Shown in pieces: positions 18,355-28,065 of a stretch of DNA of 64,000 nt (positions are counted from its first letter, which is position 1; each line of letters starts with the position of its first letter). This DNA comes from an uncultured Salinisphaerales bacterium (lineage in GTDB: Bacteria > Pseudomonadota > Gammaproteobacteria > Nevskiales > CAJXLF01). The position numbers and the translations under genes are program-made. The notes under the pieces were generated by a model that worked only from the letters and a program-made list of their open reading frames with translations, did not search any database and was not told the DNA's origin. The stretch lies in the NCBI GenBank assembly GCA_913055805.1, contig CAJXLF010000012.1, positions 35,034-99,033 on the forward strand. Reading direction: 5' to 3'.

Positions 18355-19263
18355 TTAGAAACCCTTGATCAGATAACCCGCTTCGATGAGCTTGCCCATG
18401 ACTTCGCCGTCATGGCCGGGCACCTGCCGGATCTCCGGATGACGGGTGGCAAGCTCATGTAGCGCCTGGAACTGGTTGATCACCTGCTCGCGGTTTTCCT
18501 TGATCATCAGCGTCATGAACAACGGCCGCTCCTTCACGGCGTGGATATTGCGCGCCTGCCAGGACACGTCGCCCAGCAACAGCACTTCGCTGCCATCCGC
18601 CAGCTGCACATAAACCATCTGGCTGCCCGGTGTATGGCCGGGGGCTTTGAGTAATACCACGCCGGGGGCAATGGCGTGCATGCCTTCATAGGCCAGCGGT
18701 TCATAATCATCGAACACGCCTTCGGGCAGACTCAATGGCTGCATGCGATCCTCGTGCGCCAACTGCTCTGGCGTCAGTTTCAGGGCCGGCAGGAGTTGCT
18801 GCAGCTGCGGATGCGCGAGGATGCCGCCAATATGGTCGAAGTGCTCGTGCGTGATCACGATCTGCTCCGCCTCGCCCATCGCCGCATTCATGCGGGCGAG
18901 CGCATCCTCGTCGAAGTCGCGCACCACGAAGCCCGGAAGTGCCTCGACTGAGGCCATGGCGCTATCAACGACGATGGTCTGATCGGGAAATACCAGCTTG
19001 AAGCTGTAAATGGGAATCGGCGTTTCCCGCCAGGGCTCACCGGCCATGACCATGGCTTCAGCGAAGGCGAATTCGGCCACCTTCTCCACCCGGATTTCAC
19101 TGACCCCGGGCCCGGCATGGGCGGTAGCCAGTTGACGCAGACGCTCCACATCCAGCGGGTAAGCTGCACCCTCGTCCGGCGCCGGACTGTGCAGCACCAG
19201 CACATAGTAGACGGGCGCCAGGATGATCAGAAAAATTGCCAGGCGGCGAAGCCATCTGCTCAT
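18355..19263 (-). CDS. Metallo-beta-lactamase-fold hydrolase with an N-terminal anchor
   Basis: THEHFDHIGG, PGHTPGS, LLGD, PGHD. Confidence 0.85.
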   Translation of the reverse strand: MSRWLRRLAIFLIILAPVYYVLVLHSPAPDEGAAYPLDVERLRQLATAHAGPGVSEIRVEKVAEFAFAEAMVMAGEPWRETPIPIYSFKLVFPDQTIVVDSAMASVEALPGFVVRDFDEDALARMNAAMGEAEQIVITHEHFDHIGGILAHPQLQQLLPALKLTPEQLAHEDRMQPLSLPEGVFDDYEPLAYEGMHAIAPGVVLLKAPGHTPGSQMVYVQLADGSEVLLLGDVSWQARNIHAVKERPLFMTLMIKENREQVINQFQALHELATRHPEIRQVPGHDGEVMGKLIEAGYLIKGF

Positions 19264-19343
19264 TGCGTTTCCTCCCTACACGCAAGCTTGTCGCGTGGCG
19301 CGATGATTTCACAGGCCCCGGAACACCGCAAATCAATTTGTCC

Positions 19344-19357
19344 TTGATCCAGATCAA
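19344..19357. promoter_or_regulatory. Consensus FNR box TTGAT-N4-ATCAA
   Basis: ttgat ccag atcaa, 58 nt upstream of the ATG at 19416. Confidence 0.7.
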
Positions 19358-19415
19358 TACGCACAGGAAATCTCAGGTGCAATCTCAACACATAGACTAA
19401 TGATCAGGAGGAACC

Positions 19416-19778
19416 ATGCCTGAAATTGCGTTACTGCCACAGGTGTTGATCGTCTCAGCCATGCTGTTATTGATGCTGCTCCTGCTGGCTGCAGCCATGC
19501 TGCCGGACACCGATGAAAACACCTGGCTGACCCGCCTTTACCAGGGCCTGATGTTCCGCCACACCCGGCTGGCCAGCATCATGCGTCAGCGGGGCGTGAA
19601 CCTTTCCAGTTACCTGAGCAAGTTGAGCGCCAGTGAAATCAGGCAACAGCGCCTCGCCTGCTCGAACTGCAGAAACTTCTACTTCTGCGAGCAACAGAGA
19701 AAACGTGCCCATTTCCGTTATGCCGACCTGATCTTTTGCCCCAACCGGTCAAGACTCACCTTGATCCTCAATCAGTAG
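19416..19778 (+). CDS. Small Cys-motif protein (DUF6455-like) with an N-terminal TM helix
   Basis: Strong RBS aggagg; CSNC...C...FCPN motif. Confidence 0.6.
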   Translation: MPEIALLPQVLIVSAMLLLMLLLLAAAMLPDTDENTWLTRLYQGLMFRHTRLASIMRQRGVNLSSYLSKLSASEIRQQRLACSNCRNFYFCEQQRKRAHFRYADLIFCPNRSRLTLILNQ

Positions 19779-19789
19779 TCGGCAAACCA

Positions 19790-19826
19790 AAACGGCCGCA
19801 GGAAACTGCGGCCGTTTCTTTTTTTG
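19790..19826. terminator. Rho-independent terminator
   Basis: aaacggccgcag gaaa ctgcggccgttt followed by ctttttt. Confidence 0.8.
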
Positions 19827-19920
19827 ACAGCCGGATCCTCGACGGCTTCCACCACCAGACCGTCACCCACCCGGATCAGCTTGTAGGCCGGGTCGTTATG
19901 TCATGGCCGCCGCCTGAACA

Positions 19921-20361
19921 TCACCGCATGACCAGGCAGGCGGCATTCCAGATCATGGCGATCAGTACCAGTGAGGATAAAAAGAATACCCCGAACCGCA
20001 CTTCGATCTTGTTGCCCAGTGTCTGCACCAGGCTATGCACCACACGCAGACCGACATAGGTCCAGGCCAGGGTGAGGTTGATGCCGGTACCGGCACCCAG
20101 CAGGGCCAGGGTCAGGGCGATGGCATAGAAGATGGTGGGCTGTTCCATCAGATGGTTGTAGTTGTCAGCCTTCCAGCGCACCTTTGCCGGCAGCGTGCTC
20201 ATCTGCACGCCATTGATGGCCTCTGGGTCCAGCTTCATCCCGGCCTTCTGAATGGCCGGGATGCGGGTGACATACATCCACGCCCACATCAGCATGGTCC
20301 AGGCCACCAGGGCCACAACGGGTTGCAGTATGGCGGAATCGACGGTCACGGATATGTTCAT
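19921..20361 (-). CDS. MAPEG-family membrane protein
   Basis: ADNYNHLMEQPTIFY, YVGLRVVHS. Confidence 0.85.
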   Translation of the reverse strand: MNISVTVDSAILQPVVALVAWTMLMWAWMYVTRIPAIQKAGMKLDPEAINGVQMSTLPAKVRWKADNYNHLMEQPTIFYAIALTLALLGAGTGINLTLAWTYVGLRVVHSLVQTLGNKIEVRFGVFFLSSLVLIAMIWNAACLVMR

Positions 20362-20442
20362 GGGGCCTCCTTGTTTTTGGCCCCATGAACATTACACCGT
20401 TTACCGACCGGCGTAAGTACCGGCAGTAGTTCTGTGACCGCG

Positions 20443-21219
20443 TCAGCTCTCCAGGTCGTGATAGGCATGCCAGGTGGCATGACCCAGCAGCGGGAACACC
20501 AGCACCATGCCAACCAGGAAGGTCATGAAACCCACCCCGACCAGCCCGACAATGAGGGCGCTCCAGATCAGCATGGTGGGCAGATGCGAAAGCGTCTGAC
20601 GCACACTGGCGCGCATGGCGAATCCGGCGGATACATCCCGGTCAATAATCATGGGTACGGCCACCACCGACAGGGCAAACACCACCACCGCCAGAGAACC
20701 CCCCACAATAAGATAGGACTGCAGTTGCTCAACCGACATCATCTCGGCCATCTCGTCCCACATGGACCACACGGTCATACCGTAGTCGGGTGCAATGCTG
20801 CCCATGATCTGGAACAGCATGAAGCTGGATAACGCAAACCAGATACCGCTGAGAATCAGCAGCGTCGTGGCAAAATTCACCAAGGCAGAACGATTGCGGG
20901 TAAGGGCTTCGAGCGAAGCGTCGAAGTCAGCGCCCTCACCCCGTTCGCGGCGCCGCGATATTTCGCAGAGTCCAGTCGTGAGAATGGGGCCTACCAGCAT
21001 GAAACCGGAAACGGCAGCCGCCAGAAAATAGGGATGCCGCGCCATCATGATGAGCAGCACGCCCATACCGGCGACGATCACGCCGTAGCTGAGACTGGCC
21101 ATAGGGTGTTGCCAGAGATCATCCCAGCCTCGTTGCAGCCAGGAAAAGGGCTGCAGCAGTGAAAGCGATTTACGCCGCCCACCCACGGCCTGCGTTTCCA
21201 GATTACTCGTCATACTCAT
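20443..21219 (-). CDS. DUF2189-family membrane protein
   Basis: PFSWLQRGWDDL, GFMLVGP..TTGLCEISRR, PLLGHATWHAY. Confidence 0.8.
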   Translation of the reverse strand: MSMTSNLETQAVGGRRKSLSLLQPFSWLQRGWDDLWQHPMASLSYGVIVAGMGVLLIMMARHPYFLAAAVSGFMLVGPILTTGLCEISRRRERGEGADFDASLEALTRNRSALVNFATTLLILSGIWFALSSFMLFQIMGSIAPDYGMTVWSMWDEMAEMMSVEQLQSYLIVGGSLAVVVFALSVVAVPMIIDRDVSAGFAMRASVRQTLSHLPTMLIWSALIVGLVGVGFMTFLVGMVLVFPLLGHATWHAYHDLES

Positions 21220-21342
21220 GGCATTCTCCTTTGCGCCTTGCTGCGCGCCGATTATCCGAAGCCGGACAAGAAACCCTGGTAAATCCGTAATCTGTCTTGA
21301 GTATAGACCAGCCTGCGCCGTCCGCCAGTGAAGCTTTTAAGC

Positions 21343-22098
21343 TTATTTTTTCAGCGTCTGTGCCAGATATTCGCGTATATGATCGTAGGTGGCCTGATGC
21401 GCCCAGCGGCCCAGGATGGCCCGGCCATATTCACTGCGGTTGGCCCGCATGGTTTCCACTGCCGGCGCCCGCAGCATGCGTTTGGTGATCTGGAAACTCT
21501 CGACCGGTATGGCCGCCAACTCGCTGGCAACGGACTGCGCCCGCGCCAGTAAATCCTCCGGCGCCTGCAGTTCATCTACCAGTCCCCTGGCGAGAGCCTC
21601 TTCGGGCAGCACGGTCTCGGCCAGGTAATAAAGCGCCTGGGCCTGCGATTTGGGTACAGCGAAACGCACGATTTCAAAGGCCGAACAGGGGAAGGGCACG
21701 CCCACTTTCATTTCGGGAATACCCATGCGGCCACGACCGGTGGCCATCAGTTTGTAGTCGCAGGCCAGGGTCAGAATGCAGCCACCGGCGATGGAATGAC
21801 CATTGGTGGCGCAGACCACAGGGTGTGGAAATACAAACAGTTGCTCGAATACTTCGTCCAGCAGCGGGATATAGCGTTGGGCGTATTCATCGCCGCCGTC
21901 GAGAATGCGTTTCAGATCCACGCCGGCGCAGAAAATGCCATCGGTCCCGGTCAGCACCAGCGCCCTGACCTGGGGGTCGTTCTCGGCATCCTCCAGCGTG
22001 CGTGAGATGGCCTGCAGCAGTTCCAGATCCAGGGCGCTGGCCTTGCCGTGGGCCAGGCGCATCGTCAAAACCCCGCCTTCCTGTGTCTGCTCAATCAT
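21343..22098 (-). CDS. Enoyl-CoA hydratase/isomerase
   Basis: FCAGVDL, GHSIAGGC, GIPEMKVG. Confidence 0.85.
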   Translation of the reverse strand: MIEQTQEGGVLTMRLAHGKASALDLELLQAISRTLEDAENDPQVRALVLTGTDGIFCAGVDLKRILDGGDEYAQRYIPLLDEVFEQLFVFPHPVVCATNGHSIAGGCILTLACDYKLMATGRGRMGIPEMKVGVPFPCSAFEIVRFAVPKSQAQALYYLAETVLPEEALARGLVDELQAPEDLLARAQSVASELAAIPVESFQITKRMLRAPAVETMRANRSEYGRAILGRWAHQATYDHIREYLAQTLKK

Positions 22099-22322
22099 GA
22101 TTTTGTCCCCGACCTCGAAAATACGTTCACAATTACCTTAAAAATCAATGCGCTAACCCTTGGTCCGGCGCGGCACCCCAAAGCCTCCACTCCCTAGTCC
22201 TAATAGCTGAGTCGCAGGTCATTTTTTCTGTGTACGATCAAGACCATTTGGTGGTCCCTGAAGCGGGAAATCGCCACGTACACAGCGTGTACATTACAAA
22301 ACAGGAATGAAGAGGTAGTTAC

Positions 22323-23693
22323 GTGAGCACCATAACAGACACCGTAGACGCCAAACCGGTACCGCAGGTAAAGGAATGGCCCTTGATCGGCAGCCTGCCC
22401 GGCATGATGACCGACCCGGCACGTTATTTCTACGATTGTTATCGCAAGTATGGCCCGGCTTACAAGATGCACCTGCTGGGACAGGAATACACCGTGCTGG
22501 CCGGCGAACCCGCGGTGAGCTTCATGAGTTCCCGCGTCGGCAAGGACTGCCTGTCCTCGCATGATTTCTGGGCCGGACTGGAACGCGAATGGACCGCCAC
22601 CCGCTCCCTGCCCGGCGCCGATGGCGAGGAACACCGCGAGCTGCGTGAAATCCTGCGCCGTGGTTATTCACGCGAATCCATCACCGGCCGTTACGAAGAA
22701 TTGATCGATATTACCGACGGCTCGATCGAACGTGACTGGAAAGTCGGCGACAAGGTCCCGGTGGTCAATGCCTTCCAGTACATGGTGACCGACCAGCTCG
22801 GCATCATGATCACCGGCGAGGCGCCGCTGGAATACGTGCACGATATCCGCGTCACCATTCTTTATATATTGAACTGTCTGGTCACCCGTCAGCGTCCTCA
22901 GTTCCTGCTCATGAACCCGGCCTACAAGAAGGCCAAGAAACGGGTCTTCGAGCTGGCTGCAAAAATCCGCGCCGACTACGAAGCCGGCAAGCGTGCCGGT
23001 GGCGAAGCCCGCACCATCGTGGATGATGTCATGGAGGCCTTTGCCGAAGGCTCGCCCGCGATGCCGGAGCAGAACCTGCGCCTGCATCTGGTCGCCCCCT
23101 ATGTGGCTGGCCTGGATACCGTGGCCAACACCTTGGCGGCCTGCGTGTATGCCGTGGTCAAGCACCCCGATGTGTATGAGCAGGTGAAGGCCGAAGTTGA
23201 TAACTTCTTCGATACCCAGGAAGGTCCGATCGAGGAACAGGGCCTGCTCAAGCGCCTGCCGATCCTCAACGGCGCGATCATGGAAACCATGCGCATGTAT
23301 CCGATTGCCGTGGCCCTGACGCGCACTGCGATCAAGGACTTCGAGTTCGAGGGTTACCACATCAACAAGGGTGATCTGCTGTACATGGGCATCTGCGTGC
23401 CGCACTTCATGGAAGAGTTCTATCCGAACCCCGAGAAGTTCGACATCCATCGTTTTGACCCGGACCGCAACGAGCACAAACAGTCCGGCGCCTATTCGCC
23501 CTATGGCCGTGGCCCGCACACCTGCCTGGGCAAGACCCTGGCGGAAGTACAGCTGCTGCTGAGCATGGCCCGCATCTTCTACAAACTGGATCTGGAACTG
23601 CCCTCGCCCAACTACACCCTTAAAACCAAGACCGCACCCACACCAGGGCCGTCGATGGGCTTCAAGATGAAGGTGAAGGGTTACCGCCACTAA
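22323..23693 (+). CDS. Cytochrome P450
   Basis: I-helix AGLDT, ExxR (ETMR), heme ligand PYGRGPHTCLG. Confidence 0.95.
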   Translation: MSTITDTVDAKPVPQVKEWPLIGSLPGMMTDPARYFYDCYRKYGPAYKMHLLGQEYTVLAGEPAVSFMSSRVGKDCLSSHDFWAGLEREWTATRSLPGADGEEHRELREILRRGYSRESITGRYEELIDITDGSIERDWKVGDKVPVVNAFQYMVTDQLGIMITGEAPLEYVHDIRVTILYILNCLVTRQRPQFLLMNPAYKKAKKRVFELAAKIRADYEAGKRAGGEARTIVDDVMEAFAEGSPAMPEQNLRLHLVAPYVAGLDTVANTLAACVYAVVKHPDVYEQVKAEVDNFFDTQEGPIEEQGLLKRLPILNGAIMETMRMYPIAVALTRTAIKDFEFEGYHINKGDLLYMGICVPHFMEEFYPNPEKFDIHRFDPDRNEHKQSGAYSPYGRGPHTCLGKTLAEVQLLLSMARIFYKLDLELPSPNYTLKTKTAPTPGPSMGFKMKVKGYRH

Positions 23694-23700
23694 CAAGACT

Positions 23701-23796
23701 CTCCCTCTCCCGCCAAGGGGAGAGGGCCGGGGAGAGGGGGATCGTCTGAATCTCCACCACCCCCTCCCTAACCCTCCCCCCTCAAGGGGGAGGGAA
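23701..23796. repeat. REP-like pair, family A
   Basis: ccctctcccgccaaggggagagggccggggagaggggg; ccctcccccctcaagggggaggg. Confidence 0.8.
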
Positions 23797-23821
23797 CCAT
23801 AACTCAAAGGGAGAAAACGAG

Positions 23822-24268
23822 ATGTCGCCGATCGAAACCTTCTACACCGTAGCCGGCCTGCTGGCCATTGCCGTGGTGTTCGTGGTCAACAGCCAGTTGT
23901 TCAAGCCGGGCGGCAAGGCCGCCGGCCTGTCCTGGATAGAAGGGCTCTGCTGGGTATTCGGCCTGGCGGCTCTGGGCCTGGGCTGGTACTACAACTATCT
24001 CTACTTCCAGGAATACGGCGACGCCGCCGGCTGGTGGCACTGGAGCGTGATGATGTTCGCCAACCCGGCCTCATCTTCGGGCGGCCAGGACCTGTTCATT
24101 GCCAATCTCATCTTCCTGCCGTTGTGGACCATCATCGATGGCCGGCGCAGCGGCATGAAAATCAGCTGGTACTACTTCCCCATGAGTCTGCTGACCAGCT
24201 ATGCCTTCGCCATTGCGTTGTTCATGATCGTGCGTGAGCGGCAGTTACGCTGGAATCAGGCGGCCTAG
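23822..24268 (+). CDS. DUF2834-like small membrane protein
   Basis: FANPASSSGGQDLFI motif; four hydrophobic segments. Confidence 0.6.
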   Translation: MSPIETFYTVAGLLAIAVVFVVNSQLFKPGGKAAGLSWIEGLCWVFGLAALGLGWYYNYLYFQEYGDAAGWWHWSVMMFANPASSSGGQDLFIANLIFLPLWTIIDGRRSGMKISWYYFPMSLLTSYAFAIALFMIVRERQLRWNQAA

Positions 24269-26628
24269 GAGCATACGCCGCCGTTGACTGCCTGGTCCGT
24301 CTGTAACGGCAAGTCGCGTGACGACTCACCCAGCATGATGCGATAGCAGCCGGGCGCCACCACCCAGTCGCTGCTGCCCTCATCCCAGTAGCTCAGGGCG
24401 CGCTGATCCAGCTCGAACACGAACTGCTGGCTGCTGCCCGGATTCAGGTGAAGCTTGGCGAATCCCTTCAGCGCGGCGGGCGGCTGGGCCACTGCCTCAT
24501 TCGGTGACGGCAGACCCACATACAACTGCGGCGCCGCCCAGCCGGCGCGTTGGCCGGTATTCTTCACACTGCCACGCACCGTCAGAGAACCATCCGCGTT
24601 GCTGCTCACGCTCAGGCCACTCAGCTCGAAGTCGGTGTAGCTCAGGCCATGACCAAAGGGATAGGCCGGCTCAACAGCATTTTCATCGAACCAGCGGTAA
24701 CCGATGAATACACCTTCGGAATGCTCGGCCTGATTGGCCACACCGGGGTAACGGGTGGGATCACCGGCTACTGGCGTATCCAGTTCGTTGATCGGAAAAC
24801 TGACCGGCAGACGGCCGCCGGGATCGCTGTCGCCAAAAAGTATGGCGGATAGCGCAGGGGCAACCTCCTGACCGGCGAACCAGATTTCCAGAATGGCATT
24901 CACTTCTTCACGCCAGGGGGTGAGTACCGGCCCGCCGGTCTGCAGCACCACGGCAGTATCGGGGTTGGCGGCTGCCACGGCGCTGATCAATGCATCCTGG
25001 TCGCGGTGTTGCACCGGCAAGGGCTGACCGCCAAGCAGAATTGGCGCGAATGCCTGTTCCAGCAGTTCGGAAACCGGCGACTGATTGAGCACCGGATCAA
25101 GCACCAGATCCAGCACTTCCGAACCCGGCCCCAGCAGGTTCAGCAACAGGGAGTCAGGTGTGTCCGCCAGCGTGCAGTCCAGCGACAGGCAGAACTTGTC
25201 CACGCCCTCGGTGGACAGGGCGTTGGCAAATACAATGGCCACATCCGCAGCCGCCGCCAGCGCCGCAGCCGCGGCCTGGTCCCGACCATCGGCATAGGTC
25301 ACCTGAATCTGCTCACCGGCGCGCTCGATGATGCCTTCCAGCGGTGTCTTGAAACGAAAAGGAGTAACAAAGGATGAGCCACCGCCCGAGGGCCGCTCGG
25401 TGGCCGACAGGCCGATCACGGCAATGCTCTGGATGTCCTCAGCCAGCGGCAACATGCCCTGGTTACGCAGCAGCACCGAGCCCTGTTCGGCGATCTCCCG
25501 AGCGACCCCGGCATGCGCCTGCTGGTCGATACGGCTGGGGTCGGTCTCGTAGTCCGGCCGGTCGAAAAAGCCGAAGCGGAACAGCGTGCGGAAGATGGTG
25601 CGCAGATTCCGGTCCAGGGTTTCTTCAGTTACCAGACCGCTTTGCACCACCGCCTGAAATATCGCCGGCTGGAAGAAGATGCTGTAGGGCATTTCGATCA
25701 CAGCCGCCGTGTTGGCGGTTTCCACCGTGTCCTTCTGCGCGAAGTAGTAGTCGGTCACCAGAAAGCCGTCAAAGCCCCACTCCTGATACAACTGCTGCAA
25801 AAGATACTTGCTGGAGCAGGCCGGTTCGCCGTTCAGGAAATTGTAGGCGCACATCATGGTGGCCACATCCGCTTCCTTTACCGCGGCCTCGTAAGGTGGC
25901 AGATAGGTCTCGCGCAGGGTGCGCTCGTCAATCACTACATTGACCAGATTGCGCCCGCCCACGGCGGCTACCAGCGGGGGCACACCCAGCAGGCCTTCCT
26001 GGGTATTCATGAGGTAATGCTTCACGTTGCCCATCACGCCTTCGGACTGCAGACCCCGCGTCCATTCGACGGTGAAGCGGGTGGCCAGCAGCACATCCTC
26101 GCCAAAGGTTTCGAACGTGCGTCCCGCCAACGGATTACGCACCAGGTCGGCTACCGGCGCATGCACCAGGTCGTTGCCCTTCAGGCGGGTTTCGTTGCCA
26201 ACCGCCGCGCCCATTTGATAGGCCAGGTCGGGGTTGAAAGTAGCGGCCTGAGCCAACGGGATGGGAAAGGCTGTCGATTCGCCGCCGCGCATGCCTACCG
26301 GGCCATCATTCATGCGGATGGGCGGAATACCCAGTTCCGGGATGCCGTTCACGACCCCGCAATAAGGTTCACAGGTCGCCGCAGCAGCCGGATCATCACC
26401 GCCCAGATAGTCGATTTTCTGCTCCAGCGACATGGCCGCCACCAGCAGCCCGGCACGTTCATCGTCACCCAGCGCCGTATCGCACCAGGCACGTTCGCCG
26501 GCCATGCCGCAGCGGCTTTCGCCCGACACTTGGCCGCCATTGCCCGCATCATCGTCGCTGTCACCACCGCATGCCGTCAGGCCCAGGGCCAGCAGCAACA
26601 GGAATACTCTCCTACCCATCTCACGCAC
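24265..26628 (-). CDS. GH3 beta-glucosidase-family lipoprotein
   Basis: Lipobox LTAC; DGPVG, GRTFETFGED, VKHY, MMCAYN, VTDY, GGGSS, GRLPVSFP, PFGHGLSYT, Fn3-like C-terminus. Confidence 0.9.
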   Translation of the reverse strand: MREMGRRVFLLLLALGLTACGGDSDDDAGNGGQVSGESRCGMAGERAWCDTALGDDERAGLLVAAMSLEQKIDYLGGDDPAAAATCEPYCGVVNGIPELGIPPIRMNDGPVGMRGGESTAFPIPLAQAATFNPDLAYQMGAAVGNETRLKGNDLVHAPVADLVRNPLAGRTFETFGEDVLLATRFTVEWTRGLQSEGVMGNVKHYLMNTQEGLLGVPPLVAAVGGRNLVNVVIDERTLRETYLPPYEAAVKEADVATMMCAYNFLNGEPACSSKYLLQQLYQEWGFDGFLVTDYYFAQKDTVETANTAAVIEMPYSIFFQPAIFQAVVQSGLVTEETLDRNLRTIFRTLFRFGFFDRPDYETDPSRIDQQAHAGVAREIAEQGSVLLRNQGMLPLAEDIQSIAVIGLSATERPSGGGSSFVTPFRFKTPLEGIIERAGEQIQVTYADGRDQAAAAALAAAADVAIVFANALSTEGVDKFCLSLDCTLADTPDSLLLNLLGPGSEVLDLVLDPVLNQSPVSELLEQAFAPILLGGQPLPVQHRDQDALISAVAAANPDTAVVLQTGGPVLTPWREEVNAILEIWFAGQEVAPALSAILFGDSDPGGRLPVSFPINELDTPVAGDPTRYPGVANQAEHSEGVFIGYRWFDENAVEPAYPFGHGLSYTDFELSGLSVSSNADGSLTVRGSVKNTGQRAGWAAPQLYVGLPSPNEAVAQPPAALKGFAKLHLNPGSSQQFVFELDQRALSYWDEGSSDWVVAPGCYRIMLGESSRDLPLQTDQAVNGGVCS

Positions 26629-26741
26629 CTGTCTGTGTTTTTTGTATGACGCAGTCTGGCACAGGGAAAAATACCCCCGCCATGTCCAAAAGGATTAGAC
26701 CGGCCAAGGGTGGTTAGAATAGCTTCAAAGGGAGACGCTTC

Positions 26742-27974
26742 ATGAAAACCAGAATGTTCATCGGCCTGGCGCTGCTGCTCGCCGGCTGTTCCAATTCAGA
26801 CAACGATCCTTCGCCGGATACTACGGTGATAGCCACTTCGCAGTGCGGCGCCCGGGTGGTTGCGCCGTACAGCCCGGACTGGACACCGTTGCCGGCCGCT
26901 TCAAAAGTGACGGTGTCTGCCGAAGCCCAGGCGGCACGTGACCGTCTGCTCGGGCCGAACGCCACCGACCCGTCTGTGGTGAAGGTCTGGTGGTACGGAG
27001 TCGCCAGCTTTGTTGCTTCGGTCGGCGGGCATCTGTTTCTGTTCGACGCCTGGGAGATTGTTGGCCTGCATCAGGACTACTCGCCCATGGGCCGCGACGA
27101 CCTGGTGGCCATTGCACCGGAAGCGATTCTGATCGGCCACGGACATTTCGACCATGCCGGCGATGCCGGCTATGTGGCTGGCCGCACCGGCGCCCCTGTC
27201 ATTGCCGGCGCAGCGACCTGTGAAACCGCCCGGGCACAGGCGGCCATTGATGGTCTGCAGGATGCTTTCGACTGCCTCATCCTGGGTAATGCCAGCACAC
27301 CCGAACCCGGCACCACCCAACGCATTCGCATCTTTGAAGACCTCGATGAGTTCAGCGTGATGCGCCACACCCATTCCGCCCCCGACCCGACGGATATCGG
27401 CGCCGGCGGGCTGCCACTGCTTTTCGTGCCGGAACTGGTGCCCTACCTCACTCACCTGAACACGAACCCGATGGAGGCCATCAACTTTCTGCAAACGCTG
27501 GACGACGAGGCCGGCAATGATCCCGAAGGCGGCTCCTGGGCCTATCACTTGCGTGTCGGCGATTTCAGCCTGTTGTGGCATGACACCGCCGGACCGATTG
27601 CCGAAGGCAAACCCTATGCCGGGGAAATTCAATGCGCGCTGGACAGCTTCCCCGGCTGCGTGGACGTGCAGCTGGGCACTATTGTCGGCTTTGGCGCCAT
27701 CACCAGCGGGCTGCGCGATGTTGGCCTGTATGTGCGGCATGCTCATCCGCGGGTATCCCTGCCCAATCATCACGACGCCTGGGCGCCCGTGATCGGCCCC
27801 GGTGCAGAGTCCTATGAGAACCAGTGGCGGGCCGAGATTGCCAGCATGGACAACCCGCCCGAGCTGGATTACCTCAATGATCCGGAGGACTATCTCGCGG
27901 TCCGCAGCTACGAGGTTAATGACGCGCGCTGGAAAACACCCATGCCAGGCTCTTCCTGCGCCGCGACCCCTTGA
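26742..27974 (+). CDS. MBL-fold hydrolase lipoprotein
   Basis: Lipobox LAGC; GHGHFDHAGD; PNHHD. Confidence 0.75.
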   Translation: MKTRMFIGLALLLAGCSNSDNDPSPDTTVIATSQCGARVVAPYSPDWTPLPAASKVTVSAEAQAARDRLLGPNATDPSVVKVWWYGVASFVASVGGHLFLFDAWEIVGLHQDYSPMGRDDLVAIAPEAILIGHGHFDHAGDAGYVAGRTGAPVIAGAATCETARAQAAIDGLQDAFDCLILGNASTPEPGTTQRIRIFEDLDEFSVMRHTHSAPDPTDIGAGGLPLLFVPELVPYLTHLNTNPMEAINFLQTLDDEAGNDPEGGSWAYHLRVGDFSLLWHDTAGPIAEGKPYAGEIQCALDSFPGCVDVQLGTIVGFGAITSGLRDVGLYVRHAHPRVSLPNHHDAWAPVIGPGAESYENQWRAEIASMDNPPELDYLNDPEDYLAVRSYEVNDARWKTPMPGSSCAATP

Positions 27975-28065
27975 GCCACTGTCAGAAAAATTACGCTAAC
28001 CGTACAAGTGTTACATGCCCTGCGCTTGTGGCAGGATGTTTGCCTGCTTTTCGGGAGAACTGCTC

